Part shown: piece after piece, positions 10,435-20,241 of the stretch
Layout of the letters: the number at the start of each line of letters is the position of its first letter
How positions within the stretch are numbered: the first letter of the stretch is position 1
Origin: an uncultured Acetatifactor sp.
GTDB lineage: Bacteria > Bacillota > Clostridia > Lachnospirales > Lachnospiraceae
Length of the DNA stretch: 64,000 nucleotides
Direction: 5' to 3'
Assembly: GCA_947588705.1 (NCBI GenBank)
Contig: CANPYT010000001.1
Span: 65,096-129,095, forward strand
The notes under the pieces: model-generated
The model's input: only the letters and a program-made list of their open reading frames with translations
Told to the model about the DNA's origin: nothing
Database searches by the model: none
Position numbers and translations under genes: made by a program

Positions 10435-10887
10435 ATGGCAAGGACAGAAATCGTAACCATAACCAATATGTGTATGGTGTTTGATGGCAACAAAGTATTG
10501 GTTCAGGACAAAAAAGACGACGATTATTCAGGAATAACCTTTCCGGGTGGCCATGTCGAGAAAGGCGAATCGTTGACCGATGCGGTGATTCGTGAGGTGT
10601 TGGAAGAAACGGGATTAAAAATAGTTTCGCCTCAGTTGTGTGGAATAAAGGACTGGATGAGGGAAGATGGCATAAGATACATAGTGCTGTTTTATAAAAC
10701 GGACAAGTTTGAGGGTACAGCCACATCCTCTGATGAAGGAGAAGTTTACTGGATTACGTTAGAGGACATGAAGAAAAAGAAACTTGCTTATGGTATGGAT
10801 AAAATGCTGGAAGTATTTTTAGATGATAATTTCAGTGAGTATTTCTTTTACAAGGAAGATGGGAAATGGGTAGAAGAACTGAAATAG
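10435..10887 (+). CDS. NUDIX hydrolase
   Basis: Nudix box GGHVEKGESLTDAVIREVLEETGL. Confidence 0.85.
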   Translation: MARTEIVTITNMCMVFDGNKVLVQDKKDDDYSGITFPGGHVEKGESLTDAVIREVLEETGLKIVSPQLCGIKDWMREDGIRYIVLFYKTDKFEGTATSSDEGEVYWITLEDMKKKKLAYGMDKMLEVFLDDNFSEYFFYKEDGKWVEELK

Positions 10888-10977
10888 ATTGATTCAGGCA
10901 GGCTTGGCGGTGAAGATGAATATTCCGATGCGGATTACCCGGGAAGCGCATGAGTAAAAACAGGAGCCGAAGAACTT

Positions 10978-11160
10978 TTGCGCAACGCATATTGGAAAAA
11001 GCGGAAGCAATTTCGGATACCCGACGACCAGTTTGTTCATTTTGATATTCCGCTGACCCTAGAGCACGAGAGCAGAATACTGCAGGATGCCGGATTTACC
11101 ATAGGAAAGATATTGGATGACACTGAGGGGGCGGCGATCATTATAGCTGAAAAGGAGTAA
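10978..11160 (+). pseudogene. Possible 3' remnant of a SAM-dependent methyltransferase-like gene
   Basis: No ATG (TTG only) and only 60 codons. The tail ...ILQDAGFTIGKILDDTEGAAIIIAEKE resembles methyltransferase C-termini. This is weak, by-eye evidence. Confidence 0.25.
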
Positions 11161-11220
11161 AAGTGCCGCCCGGCCATCGGATTTTGATGATCGGGCGGCG
11201 CCTCTTATTTTTGCTTTACG

Positions 11221-12204
11221 TCAGTTCGATGGATGAGAGTCATCAGCCCACACGGACGCGAAAACCTGTTTTAAGGAATTTGCCACGCCGTTTTTAGGAA
11301 CTGCCGGAATTTCCACATGGAAATCCTTTGGATTGAAATCGCCATTTTGAGGAGCAAAACTTCCCTCAAACGTGTTTTCAAAGGCATGGCGGGAAGCCTC
11401 TCTGGCGAGTTTTTCCGTGGAATACCAGTTGTTTGTCGGCCAACCGTCCTCAAATACGATATTATGCCTCTGGGGGCGCTGTTTTTCGTAAGGGTCAGTC
11501 ACATCCTCCAGGCCCTCATAGGCTTCCGGTTCCCTGGCGGGCATCAGTGCCATGGGAGCTTTATGTGCCACAAACTGAAATTCGGCGTACCGCGCGTCTG
11601 TGGTCACGAATGGGATATCATAATATTCCCAACCCTTATACTTTTTCAGCGGTTTGATATATCCCCGGTTCAGGCGATAGCACGATCCCTCTTCAAATTC
11701 TTTGCCGGAAGCGGTCACGTTGCAGTCGGTGAACAGGATCTGCAGCTGGCAGATCTCATCAGAACGGTCATTTTCGCCGCCGTTTAACCAGAACACCAAA
11801 TGATATTCTGTGTTTGGTTCCACCGTCAGAAAGCCGTTGGTGACTTTGCTGTAATGGTTCCAGTCCCAATCGCCTATTGACAATATTTCCACCAGGCTTC
11901 CCTCAGAAGGGTCAAACGCCGCCAGCGGGTTGCTGATCATGATGCGGTCAAATACTGTCTTGTGGCTTTCGTCAGGATTTTTGTGCCATTCCCTGGGGTT
12001 GATCGTAATATAGTTTCTGTTATCCATCTCTGTGTCCTCCATATCTTCATATGTCGGGCATCGCCTGTACAAACGGATACATTCGTCGGAAACAAACTCG
12101 GCCCGACGTTTTTTTACAAGTCCCTTTGCTCGGTTTGGATAAGTGTAACCAATCACGGCATCGTGTCCGTCCAGGACACATACCGTTTGTCCGTTTTTTG
12201 TCAT
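11221..12204 (-). CDS. Hypothetical protein with an RRXRR-like N-terminus and a beta-sandwich-like middle region
   Basis: GGAGGA SD before ATG at 12204. The N-terminus TVCVLDGHDAVIGYTYPNRAKGLVKKRRAEFVSDECIRL resembles the RRXRR module. No catalytic motif recognised. Confidence 0.6.
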   Translation of the reverse strand: MTKNGQTVCVLDGHDAVIGYTYPNRAKGLVKKRRAEFVSDECIRLYRRCPTYEDMEDTEMDNRNYITINPREWHKNPDESHKTVFDRIMISNPLAAFDPSEGSLVEILSIGDWDWNHYSKVTNGFLTVEPNTEYHLVFWLNGGENDRSDEICQLQILFTDCNVTASGKEFEEGSCYRLNRGYIKPLKKYKGWEYYDIPFVTTDARYAEFQFVAHKAPMALMPAREPEAYEGLEDVTDPYEKQRPQRHNIVFEDGWPTNNWYSTEKLAREASRHAFENTFEGSFAPQNGDFNPKDFHVEIPAVPKNGVANSLKQVFASVWADDSHPSN

Positions 12205-12263
12205 GGGTGTCCTCCCCGGATCGATTACCTGCATCTTCGTTTTTTGTCATGGGTTTCTTCCCC
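12192..12263 (-). repeat. Duplicated SD, ATG and first four codons of the 11221-12204 gene
   Basis: 26-mers at 12192-12217 and 12238-12263 match at 24 of 26 positions (CGTTTTTTGTCATGGGTgTCcTCCCC / ...tTCtTCCCC). Confidence 0.8.
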
Positions 12264-12333
12264 AGATACATTTTTATTATATAAGGTGGCGCGGTGAAAG
12301 TCAAGAACGGCTGACCCGCGTTCCGCCCAGGCC

Positions 12334-12432
12334 ATAACAGTTCAGCCCGCGCCATTCGCAAAGCCGCGCTGCCGCGCTTACCGGCGCTGTGCGCCTGCCT
12401 TTGCTCATCGAATGGCGTTCCTCAGCCGCTTT
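12334..12432 (-). repeat. Intergenic palindromic repeat family, full-length copy B
   Basis: The reverse complement reads GCGGCTGAGGAACGCCATTCGATGAGCAAAGGCAGGCGCACAGCGCCGGTAAGCGCGGCAGCGCGGCTTTGCGAATGGCGCGGGCTGAACTGTT. Confidence 0.85.
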
Positions 12433-12532
12433 GGGCACAGGGAAAACGCTGGTTAAAAATAAGGGCTGCAGCCTCACGGGATTTCGTCCGTTTATGCTGC
12501 AACCCTTATGCTTTTTGTTGGAGCCCTGAAAA

Positions 12533-13180
12533 TTACTTGGAAGGATCCGCTGTATCCTGCTCAGCCTGGGAAGCCTTTGCCGCCTTTTCAGCCATTTCGT
12601 CAAATTTCTTCATCACAGCGTCATAAGTACGCTTGGAAATGTCAGGAAGAGAACCGCCCCAGGTTTTTTCCGCCTGCTTATAACCCTTCTTGAAAGCGTC
12701 GCGCATCTCTTCGATCTTATCGGGATCGCCGCCGGTAAGCGCGTTTGCAAAATCGATGATCCTGTCGGAGGTCTGCTCTACGCCCCAGTATCCGTCTTCG
12801 GCGATATCAGCCTGTGCCTGAAGCTTGGTGGCAGGATCCACCGTATAGTTGCCGGAACGAAGGAACTGCCAGATATCATTGGCTTTTCCGTAGGTGTTGG
12901 CCTGTCCGCTCATCATCTTTTCTACCAGGCTGCGCAGCTGTGCTGTGCGGGCCTCAGCGTCGGCCTTCAGCTTATTGATGAGATTGGTGTCAGGCGTGTA
13001 TGTCTTCTTTGTGGAAGCCGCGGCCTGAGCCTCGGTGGAAGGTTCGTAGATTACGCCGGAATCCTCCTTTTCCTTCTCCGCCGCCTCGGTATTTTTTGTG
13101 TCTTCTGCGGCTTTGTTTTCCAAAGCGGAATAGCTGTAGGCAGCCGCGGCCTGTGTCGATGTAACTCCGTTTACACTCAT
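12533..13180 (-). CDS. Conserved hypothetical protein
   Basis: Good coding bias. Low-complexity Ala/Glu/Lys N-terminus, then a helical domain (DGYWGVEQTSDRIIDFANALTGGDPDKIEEMRDAFKKGY). Start taken at MSVNG. Confidence 0.6.
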   Translation of the reverse strand: MSVNGVTSTQAAAAYSYSALENKAAEDTKNTEAAEKEKEDSGVIYEPSTEAQAAASTKKTYTPDTNLINKLKADAEARTAQLRSLVEKMMSGQANTYGKANDIWQFLRSGNYTVDPATKLQAQADIAEDGYWGVEQTSDRIIDFANALTGGDPDKIEEMRDAFKKGYKQAEKTWGGSLPDISKRTYDAVMKKFDEMAEKAAKASQAEQDTADPSK

Positions 13181-13282
13181 CTGCTCTCTCTCTTTCTGGC
13201 GCCACACGCCTTTTCTACCCGTCTCCGGGCGCAACATCCTCCATGATTCTATCAATTATATCGGACGAAAGGGCCGTAAAGT

Positions 13283-13702
13283 TTACCTTCTCTCACAGAT
13301 TTTAATGGAGATCGTGTAATGAGAGAGAAGATTGCCGTTCTCCTCCAGGGAATAGTCTGCCGTCATCTCTAAAAATCCCGGGCCGCGCCTTGTGTCCACG
13401 GATCTTGTACAGATGTTGAGGCGAAGGGGGCCATAGGGAGTGAAGTAATCCGTCGCATGTTCTCTGCCCGGTTCAAAAACCATACAGGTGTTGACAGAGC
13501 CCTTTTTTGTCAGTTCGATCCGGTTCCCCCTTTGCTTTAAGATATTCCTGGTCGCAAGCCCGTCTTCCGTTTCCTGATAGAGAATATAACAGCTGCCGTT
13601 TCTCTCATAATATTCCGCTTCCGCGGTCAGCTCCGTCACGGTTTCGGCTCCGTCCGGGCCGAGCTGGCGCCCGGTCAGCGTAAGCAGTACCTGTCTGTCC
13701 AT
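13283..13702 (-). CDS. DUF1934 (YwiB-like) beta-barrel protein
   Basis: Size and pattern fit the family (LTLTGRQ...AEYYERNGSCYILYQE...IELTKKGSVNTCMVFEPG). Confidence 0.65.
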   Translation of the reverse strand: MDRQVLLTLTGRQLGPDGAETVTELTAEAEYYERNGSCYILYQETEDGLATRNILKQRGNRIELTKKGSVNTCMVFEPGREHATDYFTPYGPLRLNICTRSVDTRRGPGFLEMTADYSLEENGNLLSHYTISIKICERR

Positions 13703-13745
13703 TTTCCCGTTTTCCTCTGGTTTCCCGGAGAGCTCCGGCTTTCCG

Positions 13746-14582
13746 TCAGTATTCCTCAATGTTCACCGCTTTGGCGGATAAAATGCCGTATTTTATGATG
13801 GAATTGGCAAACCGCACAAATTTTTCCGCCTTGTCGCTTACATAAAAGCGATATTGGTTGCTGCCAAGTTCCGGCGGTTCATCGTTTAAGAGATCCAGCG
13901 ACTGGAGCATGCTCTTTAGCTCCAGGGCGGTTTCATAGGCGGGGTTTACGAGCGTGACTCCCTCCCCCATGATCCGGCCCAGGGTCGAGCGGATCAGGGG
14001 ATAGTGTGTACAGCCAAGGATCAGGGTGTCGATGTCGATATCGATGAGCTCCGCCAGGTAACGTCTGGCAATCTCATCCGTGACGGGATCCTCGAGGAGG
14101 CCCTCCTCCACCAGGGGAACAAACAGGGGGCAGGCTTTGCCGTAAACCGTTACGTTCAGCTTCAGCTCTTTTATGTACTCGGTATAGATCTGGCTGCCGA
14201 TGGTAGCCTCTGTGGCAATTACGCCGATGCGGCCGTTGCGGGTCACATCGGAGGCGGCTTTGGCTCCCGGCTTCACCACGTCGATGATCGGAATATCCGT
14301 GCTTGCCTCCAGGGCTTCCAGAGCGCAGGCGCTGGCCGTGTTGCAGGCAACGACGATGGTTTTGACATGAAAGGTGCGGAGAAACCGCACGATCTGTTCC
14401 GAATAGCGGGTAACCGTCTCTCGTGACTTGCTGCCATAGGGAACCCTGGCAGTGTCTCCGAAATAGATGATTCTTTCGTTAGGGATCTGGCGCATGATCT
14501 CCCGAAATACGGTGAGCCCGCCCACACCGGAGTCAAACACGCCGATAGGAGCGGTCTTCAGTAGATCTTTAGTTATCTCCAT
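13746..14582 (-). CDS. murI: Glutamate racemase
   Basis: GVFDSGVGGLTV, VVACNTAS and LGCTHYP catalytic Cys motifs. Confidence 0.92.
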   Translation of the reverse strand: MEITKDLLKTAPIGVFDSGVGGLTVFREIMRQIPNERIIYFGDTARVPYGSKSRETVTRYSEQIVRFLRTFHVKTIVVACNTASACALEALEASTDIPIIDVVKPGAKAASDVTRNGRIGVIATEATIGSQIYTEYIKELKLNVTVYGKACPLFVPLVEEGLLEDPVTDEIARRYLAELIDIDIDTLILGCTHYPLIRSTLGRIMGEGVTLVNPAYETALELKSMLQSLDLLNDEPPELGSNQYRFYVSDKAEKFVRFANSIIKYGILSAKAVNIEEY

Positions 14583-14850
14583 TATGAATTGCCTCCCAAA
14601 GTGAGCTCAGATCCGAAAAAAGCCGACTGCGAAAAGTGATCTTTTCCGGGCCGGCCTCCATAAGCATACGGTATAATGTACCGTCAAAATCCCATTCCAC
14701 AGAGGGCCCCGGTGTCGTGTCAATGTCACTTTTTTCTATAACGGCTACTGTGTCCGGAGTCAGCGCTAACGCCGGATAGAGCAGGCCCCACCAGCCGAGG
14801 GCGGCACACAGCCCAAGTACGATACGGATTCCAAGCAGTTTCTTTTTCAT
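14569..14850 (-). CDS. Small exported or membrane hypothetical protein
   Basis: MKKKLLGIRIVLGLCAALGWWGLL signal-like leader. GGAGG SD. Overlaps the murI start by 14 nt. Confidence 0.55.
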   Translation of the reverse strand: MKKKLLGIRIVLGLCAALGWWGLLYPALALTPDTVAVIEKSDIDTTPGPSVEWDFDGTLYRMLMEAGPEKITFRSRLFSDLSSLWEAIHNGDN

Positions 14851-14943
14851 GCAATAACCTCCACCAGGAAGAACCCTCCGGGGGTTCTTCTGTCAGGATT
14901 ATTGCCACGGTCTTTCCAGTTTATTCCGGACGAGAGGAGAAAA

Positions 14944-15648
14944 TTACTTCATTTCCGACAAATCGGCGTCACCGGCACGATCCAGGCGGATCTGACGGAT
15001 GATCGCCTTTTCCTGGTTGTCGATATGCGTTTTTGCCGCAGCCGCGGCGGTCTCCTTGTCCTTGCGCACAATGCTCTGATAAATGATCCTGTGCTCTTCC
15101 ACCAAAGTCTTGTGTTGGCTGCTGTCTTTAATATATTCGAAACGGTATCGGTACATCTGCTCGGAAAGATTGTTTACCAGCTGGATCAGGCGCTGATTGC
15201 CGGTTGCCTGCACGATAATGTCGTGGAGCGCCACATCCGCCTGGGCGATTTTTTTGCTGTCCCCGGTCTTGACACAGCGCTCAAATTCGCCGCAGGCGTT
15301 TTGCAGCGCAGCCAGACCCTCTTCCGTGATGCGGTCGCAGGCCAGCTCCGCGCAGAGGGCGTCCAGCGCCCGGCGGACTTCCAGAACATCGTTCATGCTC
15401 TTTTCCGTGATCTGAGCCACTTCTGCTCCCCGTCGGGGCACGATGGTGACCAGCCCCTCCCGTTCCAGCTTGTGGATCGCCTCGCGGATAGGGGTACGGC
15501 TCACGCCCAGCCGGTCCGCCAGGTGGATCTCCATCAGACGCTCGCCGGGTTTCAGCTCGCCGATCAGGATGGCCCGGCGCAGCGTGTTGAAAACCACATC
15601 CCGGAGGGGGAGAAATTCATCCATATCTGCATGAAACACGTCTTGCAT
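14944..15648 (-). CDS. GntR-family (FadR/FCD type) transcriptional regulator
   Basis: Winged HTH LKPGERLMEIHLADRLGVSRTPIREAIHKLEREGLV plus a helical FCD-like C-terminal domain. Confidence 0.85.
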   Translation of the reverse strand: MQDVFHADMDEFLPLRDVVFNTLRRAILIGELKPGERLMEIHLADRLGVSRTPIREAIHKLEREGLVTIVPRRGAEVAQITEKSMNDVLEVRRALDALCAELACDRITEEGLAALQNACGEFERCVKTGDSKKIAQADVALHDIIVQATGNQRLIQLVNNLSEQMYRYRFEYIKDSSQHKTLVEEHRIIYQSIVRKDKETAAAAAKTHIDNQEKAIIRQIRLDRAGDADLSEMK

Positions 15649-15661
15649 AGGCACCGCCTTT

Positions 15662-16519
15662 CTAAGTGGGAGTGGTCAGATAAACTTGATTTGCCAATCG
15701 TTCATTCTTTAACTGGCCGCAGGCAAACTCCGCAGCCTGTTCCGAGAGAAAAATGCCGAACACGGTAGGGCCGCTGCCGCTCATCAGGCTGTTTACCGCA
15801 CCCAGCTCCCGAAGCCTGTATTTCAGGTCGGCGATGATCGGATAGGCGGCCACGGTCACAGTCTCCAGGACATTCCCCATGCGGTCCAGGATCCCCTGAA
15901 GGCTTCCGGATTCGATGGCGCGGACCATGCCGGAAATGTCGGGGTGTTTTTGGATTCCCTCCGCGTCCAGGTGCTCATAGACATACTTAGTGGAAACGCT
16001 GATATCCGGCTTCGCGACCACGAGATAAAAATCGGGGGCGGGAGCCAGGGGAGTCAGCTTTTCGCCGATGCCCTCTGCGAGGGCTGTCCCGCCCAGGACA
16101 CAGTAAGGCACATCGGCGCCGAGGGAAACACCGAGTTCCATCAGACGGGAAAGAGGAAGATCCAGGTCGAACAGGCGGCTGATGCCTTTCATTGCTGCCG
16201 CCGCATCCGCGCTCCCGCCGGCCATACCGGCGGCAATAGGGATGTTTTTGTGCAGGTGGATATGTACGCCTCCCGGAAGACGCCAGGTGTCAAACATCAG
16301 CCTCGCGGCCCGGCAGACCAGATTGTCTTCCCCGCAGGAAAGCTCCGGATGGTCTGTGGTCAACGTAATGCCTTCCGGCGCCTTTGTCAGCTCCAGCTCA
16401 TCGCAGAGCCCGATGCTCTGCATGATCATTCTTACCTCATGATAACCGTTCGGCAGACGGCGGATCACGTCCAGCCCAAGATTAATCTTGGCATGCGCCT
16501 TAATACGATACTCGTTCAT
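15662..16519 (-). CDS. ispE: 4-diphosphocytidyl-2-C-methyl-D-erythritol kinase
   Basis: KINLGLDV..RLPNGYHEV and GHMP kinase motif PIAAGMAGGSADAAA. Confidence 0.9.
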   Translation of the reverse strand: MNEYRIKAHAKINLGLDVIRRLPNGYHEVRMIMQSIGLCDELELTKAPEGITLTTDHPELSCGEDNLVCRAARLMFDTWRLPGGVHIHLHKNIPIAAGMAGGSADAAAAMKGISRLFDLDLPLSRLMELGVSLGADVPYCVLGGTALAEGIGEKLTPLAPAPDFYLVVAKPDISVSTKYVYEHLDAEGIQKHPDISGMVRAIESGSLQGILDRMGNVLETVTVAAYPIIADLKYRLRELGAVNSLMSGSGPTVFGIFLSEQAAEFACGQLKNERLANQVYLTTPT

Positions 16520-16603
16520 GTGGACTTTCTGCTCCCGTTATATCTGAAATTTTACAGGATCCGTGTTTGGATATATTTCCCAAACGATTCTGATGTATAC
16601 AAA

Positions 16604-16632
16604 ATTATATACAATTAGAATCCTTTCGTCAA
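16604..16632 (-). promoter_or_regulatory. Sigma-A-type promoter for ispE
   Basis: Minus strand reads TTGACG, 17 nt, TATAAT. Confidence 0.55.
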
Positions 16633-16634
16633 CT

Positions 16635-16664
16635 AAAAAAGGGCATCTCGAGAAGAGATACCCC
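16635..16664 (-). terminator. Rho-independent terminator downstream of the 16688-17164 gene
   Basis: Minus strand reads GGGGTATCTCTTCTCGAGATGCCC followed by TTTTTT. Confidence 0.65.
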
Positions 16665-16687
16665 GGTTTGTCCCAAAGGCGGCAGGC

Positions 16688-17164
16688 TTATTTGATGGGT
16701 TTTGCGCCGGCTTTCTCCTGAGCGGCCTCGAGCGCCCGGCGAAAACGGCTCTTTTTCTTTGCGGGCGGAGCTTCGATCCTGCCGTGCAGCCCCTTTACAT
16801 CCAGCACGTAAAGTCCGCTGACAACAGCCTTCACTTCCTTTTTGACGGGCACGGATTCAAAAATCTTTTCATCACAGATCAGCGACAGGATCTGCGGGCC
16901 GACCTTTGCCTTGATGATGGGAAGCTTGGAACCGCGCATGGCCTTCGGAGTCTGATCGACCACTGCCTGCGGAAGCCCCGCGTCTTTGAGCTTCATGCGC
17001 TTTTTGTCGATGATCAGCATGGAGACGGTCTGCTTGTTGGCCTCCAAAATCTCCTGCTGTTCCGCCTGTTTCTTCTGCGCCTTCTTCCCGAGAAAATATA
17101 AAACCACAATCAAAGCGATGATGACGACTGCGACTACGATTAAAACAATCACCCATGGCTTCAT
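16688..17164 (-). CDS. N-terminally membrane-anchored hypothetical protein
   Basis: MKPWVIVLIVVAVVIIALIVVLYFL TM segment. Strong AGGAGG SD. Confidence 0.65.
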   Translation of the reverse strand: MKPWVIVLIVVAVVIIALIVVLYFLGKKAQKKQAEQQEILEANKQTVSMLIIDKKRMKLKDAGLPQAVVDQTPKAMRGSKLPIIKAKVGPQILSLICDEKIFESVPVKKEVKAVVSGLYVLDVKGLHGRIEAPPAKKKSRFRRALEAAQEKAGAKPIK

Positions 17165-17270
17165 AAAGGTAACCTCCTGTTGTGCGTTCTCGCAGCCAGC
17201 CCTGTCGGCGGCTACAAAAATATTCTATCACAAGTGCGGGCAGATAGGCAACAAGACATTTTTGTTTCTT

Positions 17271-17299
17271 TTGCAAAAATTGGTATTTTGTGGTATGAT
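17271..17299 (+). promoter_or_regulatory. Sigma-A promoter with extended -10, upstream of asnS
   Basis: TTGCAA (17271-17276), 17-nt spacer, TGgTATGAT (TG 17291-17292, -10 box 17294-17299). Confidence 0.65.
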
Positions 17300-17427
17300 T
17301 AATTTGTTTTATGCGGGGAATTGTAAAAAGTGTTTTCTGAGCGGAAAACCGCTTCCGAAAACGTCTTGTGCCTGCGCTGCTGACATGGGACGGAAAAAAC
17401 AAAGCGGCGCAGAAAAGAGGAAGAGAG

Positions 17428-18819
17428 ATGGAACTGACAGATATTCGAGAGCTTTACCGGAACAGGCAGGAATATATCGGGAAAGAGACAACCGTAGGAG
17501 GATGGGTCAGGAGCAACCGCGACTCCAGGAATTTTGGATTCCTGGTGATCAACGACGGAACCTTTTTTGAACCCTTGCAGGTGGTGTACGGGGACGGCCT
17601 TCCCAATTTTCAGGATCTGTGCAAAATAAATGTGGGAGCCGCGTTGATCGTGAGGGGAACCATTGTGGAGACGCCTGACGCCAAGCAGCCCTTTGAGATG
17701 CAGGCGGCGGAGGTGATGGTGGAGGGAGCGTCCACGGCGGAGTACCCCCTCCAAAAGAAACGGCATTCCTTTGAATATCTGCGCACCATTCCGCATCTGC
17801 GGCCCAGGACGAATACTTTCCAGGCGGTTTTCCGAGTGCGCTCGCTGATCGCCTTTGCCATTCACAGCTTTTTTATGGAGAGGGGATTTGTGTACGTGCA
17901 CACGCCTCTGATCACCGGCAGCGACTGTGAGGGGGCTGGCGAAATGTTTCAGGTGACCACGCTGGACCTGGAGAACGTTCCGCGGACAGAGGACGGCCAG
18001 GTCGATTACAGCAAGGATTTTTTTGGAAAACAGACCAACCTGACAGTGAGCGGCCAGCTGAACGTGGAGACTTATGCCTTTGCATTTAAAAACGTTTATA
18101 CCTTTGGCCCCACTTTCCGGGCGGAAAATTCGAACACTACCCGGCATGCGGCGGAATTTTGGATGATCGAGCCGGAGATGGCCTTTGCGGACCTGAAGGA
18201 TGACATGCTCCTGGCGGAGGGGATGCTGAAATATGTGATCCGCTATGTCCTGGAGAACGCCCCGGAGGAGATGGCGTTCTTTAACCAGTTTGTGGACAAG
18301 GGCCTGCTGGAAAGGCTGGAGCATGTGGTAAATTCGGATTTCGCCCATGTGACTTATACGGAAGCGGTGGAGATCCTGGAGAAGAACAACGAAAAATTTG
18401 ATTATAAGGTGTCCTGGGGCTGTGACCTGCAGACGGAGCACGAGCGGTACCTCACGGAGGAGGTCTTTAAGCGCCCTGTATTTGTGACGGATTATCCCAA
18501 GGAGATCAAGGCGTTTTATATGAAGCTGAATGAGGACGGAAAAACCGTGGCGGCCATGGACTGCCTTGTTCCGGGGATCGGGGAGATCATCGGCGGCAGC
18601 CAGCGGGAGGATAAGCTGGAAGTGCTTGAACAGAGGATGGAGGAGCTGGGCCTGAAAAAAGAGGACTATGACTTCTATCTCGACCTGCGCCGGTACGGCT
18701 CCGTGCGGCATGCGGGCTTTGGCCTTGGATTCGAGCGCTGTGTCATGTACCTGACAGGTATGGGGAATATCCGGGATGTAGTGCCGTTCCCCAGGACTGT
18801 GAACAATTGTGAACTGTAG
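17428..18819 (+). CDS. asnS: Asparagine--tRNA ligase
   Basis: Class IIb synthetase motifs [21 protein letters not shown] and [12 protein letters not shown]. Start at [10 protein letters not shown]. Confidence 0.92.
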   Translation: MELTDIRELYRNRQEYIGKETTVGGWVRSNRDSRNFGFLVINDGTFFEPLQVVYGDGLPNFQDLCKINVGAALIVRGTIVETPDAKQPFEMQAAEVMVEGASTAEYPLQKKRHSFEYLRTIPHLRPRTNTFQAVFRVRSLIAFAIHSFFMERGFVYVHTPLITGSDCEGAGEMFQVTTLDLENVPRTEDGQVDYSKDFFGKQTNLTVSGQLNVETYAFAFKNVYTFGPTFRAENSNTTRHAAEFWMIEPEMAFADLKDDMLLAEGMLKYVIRYVLENAPEEMAFFNQFVDKGLLERLEHVVNSDFAHVTYTEAVEILEKNNEKFDYKVSWGCDLQTEHERYLTEEVFKRPVFVTDYPKEIKAFYMKLNEDGKTVAAMDCLVPGIGEIIGGSQREDKLEVLEQRMEELGLKKEDYDFYLDLRRYGSVRHAGFGLGFERCVMYLTGMGNIRDVVPFPRTVNNCEL

Positions 18820-18900
18820 GAGTCTTCCTTTTAGAAAATCTTAAGAAATCGGGAAGGCGTTTTTGGTGAAATGATGTCGAAAGTGTGATATGCTTTTCCT

Positions 18901-20154
18901 ATGAAAAAAAGAAGTACAAGAATTATCAGTATCATATTGTCGCTCGGCCTGGCAGTGGGGATCCTGCGCTGGGAAGGAAGCGGGCCGGTCACGGTACAGG
19001 CCACCACGGTCTCGGAGATCCAGAGTGAGATCGACAGGATCCAGCAGGAGCTGGAACAGGAATATGGAAAGATCTCGGACCTGGAGGCGGAGCAGGACCT
19101 GATCCTGGAAAAGATGGAAGATACCAATGCGGAGCTCATCAATACTATGGCCAGCATCAAGCTGAAAGAGGAGGAGATCGCGGCCAAAGAGGGGGAGATT
19201 TCCACCAAAGAAGGTGAGATCGCGGAAAAACAGGACCAGATAGCGCAGACCTCTGCAGAGTATGAGGAGGCAAAGAGCCGGGAAGAACAGCAGAAATTAG
19301 ACATGGCGGCCCGGACGAAAATGCTCTATGAGCAGGGAAATGAATCTTATCTGGATATCCTGCTTGCAGGGAGAGGGCTTTCCGATCTGCTGAACCGTCT
19401 GGATTACATTGAAAAAATATATAAGTACAGCAGGATGCAGCTGGACAGTTACATAGAGACGGGGGAGCAGCTTCAGGACCTGTGGGATCTGCTGGAGCAG
19501 GAAAAGGCGGATCTGGAGCAGGATATGGAGCGGCTGAAGGCGGACAAATCGGATCTGAAGAGCCAGGAGGCAGAGCTGGACGGGCAGAAGAACAGCCTGA
19601 ATTCCCTGCTGGCGGACATGAAGCGCCAGTCGGCCAACTATGAAGCCGAGATCGACAAAGCGCGGCAGGAAGCCGCTGTGGCACAGCAGCTGCTGAAGCA
19701 GAATCAGGACAGGCTGAAACAGCTTCAGAGCGCCCAGAACGCAGCCAACGGCAATTATTCTTCCAACTACGCATCCATCATCAACAATGCCTCCGGAAGC
19801 GAGCTGGGCAAGAAGATCGCAAATTTTGCCTGCCAGTATATCGGAGGGCCGTACAAGGCGGGGGGCATCAGCCTTACGAACGGGGCGGACTGTTCCGGCT
19901 TTACTTACTCGGTATACAGTAATTTTGGATATAGTATTCCGAGGACTTCATACGCGCAGCGCAGCGCCGGAACAGGTGTCTCCTATGAAAACGCGCAGCC
20001 GGGCGACCTGATCTGTTACGACGGACATGTGGCCATGTATATAGGAGGCGGACTGGTAGTCCACGCCAGCAACAGCAATCCCTACCCAAGAGGGGGCATC
20101 AAGGTAAGCAACGCCCAGTACCGGACGATTCTGGCCGTTAGGAGGATCATCTGA
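18901..20154 (+). CDS. NlpC/P60 (C40) peptidoglycan hydrolase with coiled-coil N-terminal domain (CwlO-like)
   Basis: Signal-like leader, long E/Q/L-rich coiled coil and C-terminal ADCSGFTYSVY...GHVAMYIG. Confidence 0.85.
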   Translation: MKKRSTRIISIILSLGLAVGILRWEGSGPVTVQATTVSEIQSEIDRIQQELEQEYGKISDLEAEQDLILEKMEDTNAELINTMASIKLKEEEIAAKEGEISTKEGEIAEKQDQIAQTSAEYEEAKSREEQQKLDMAARTKMLYEQGNESYLDILLAGRGLSDLLNRLDYIEKIYKYSRMQLDSYIETGEQLQDLWDLLEQEKADLEQDMERLKADKSDLKSQEAELDGQKNSLNSLLADMKRQSANYEAEIDKARQEAAVAQQLLKQNQDRLKQLQSAQNAANGNYSSNYASIINNASGSELGKKIANFACQYIGGPYKAGGISLTNGADCSGFTYSVYSNFGYSIPRTSYAQRSAGTGVSYENAQPGDLICYDGHVAMYIGGGLVVHASNSNPYPRGGIKVSNAQYRTILAVRRII

Positions 20155-20241
20155 GCAGAGGCATTTCCGCGTTTTTTTAGAATAGAAAGGGCGTTCATGC
20201 ACCCCTGGGCGGGGGGACATGGATGCCCTTTGTTTAGGCGG

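Noticed and set aside
14851-14907. Long hairpin (GCAATAACC…GGATTATTGC with inner GAAGAACCC/GGGTTCTTC) that might sequester the SD of the small ORF starting at 14850
   Set aside because: It is equally well explained as the terminator or stabiliser of the upstream GntR gene. There is no U-run and no alternative structure to support a regulatory switch.
17165-17427. T-box leader upstream of asnS
   Set aside because: The leader from the predicted promoter is only ~130 nt. It lacks a recognisable specifier loop or T-box sequence with a terminator/antiterminator pair.
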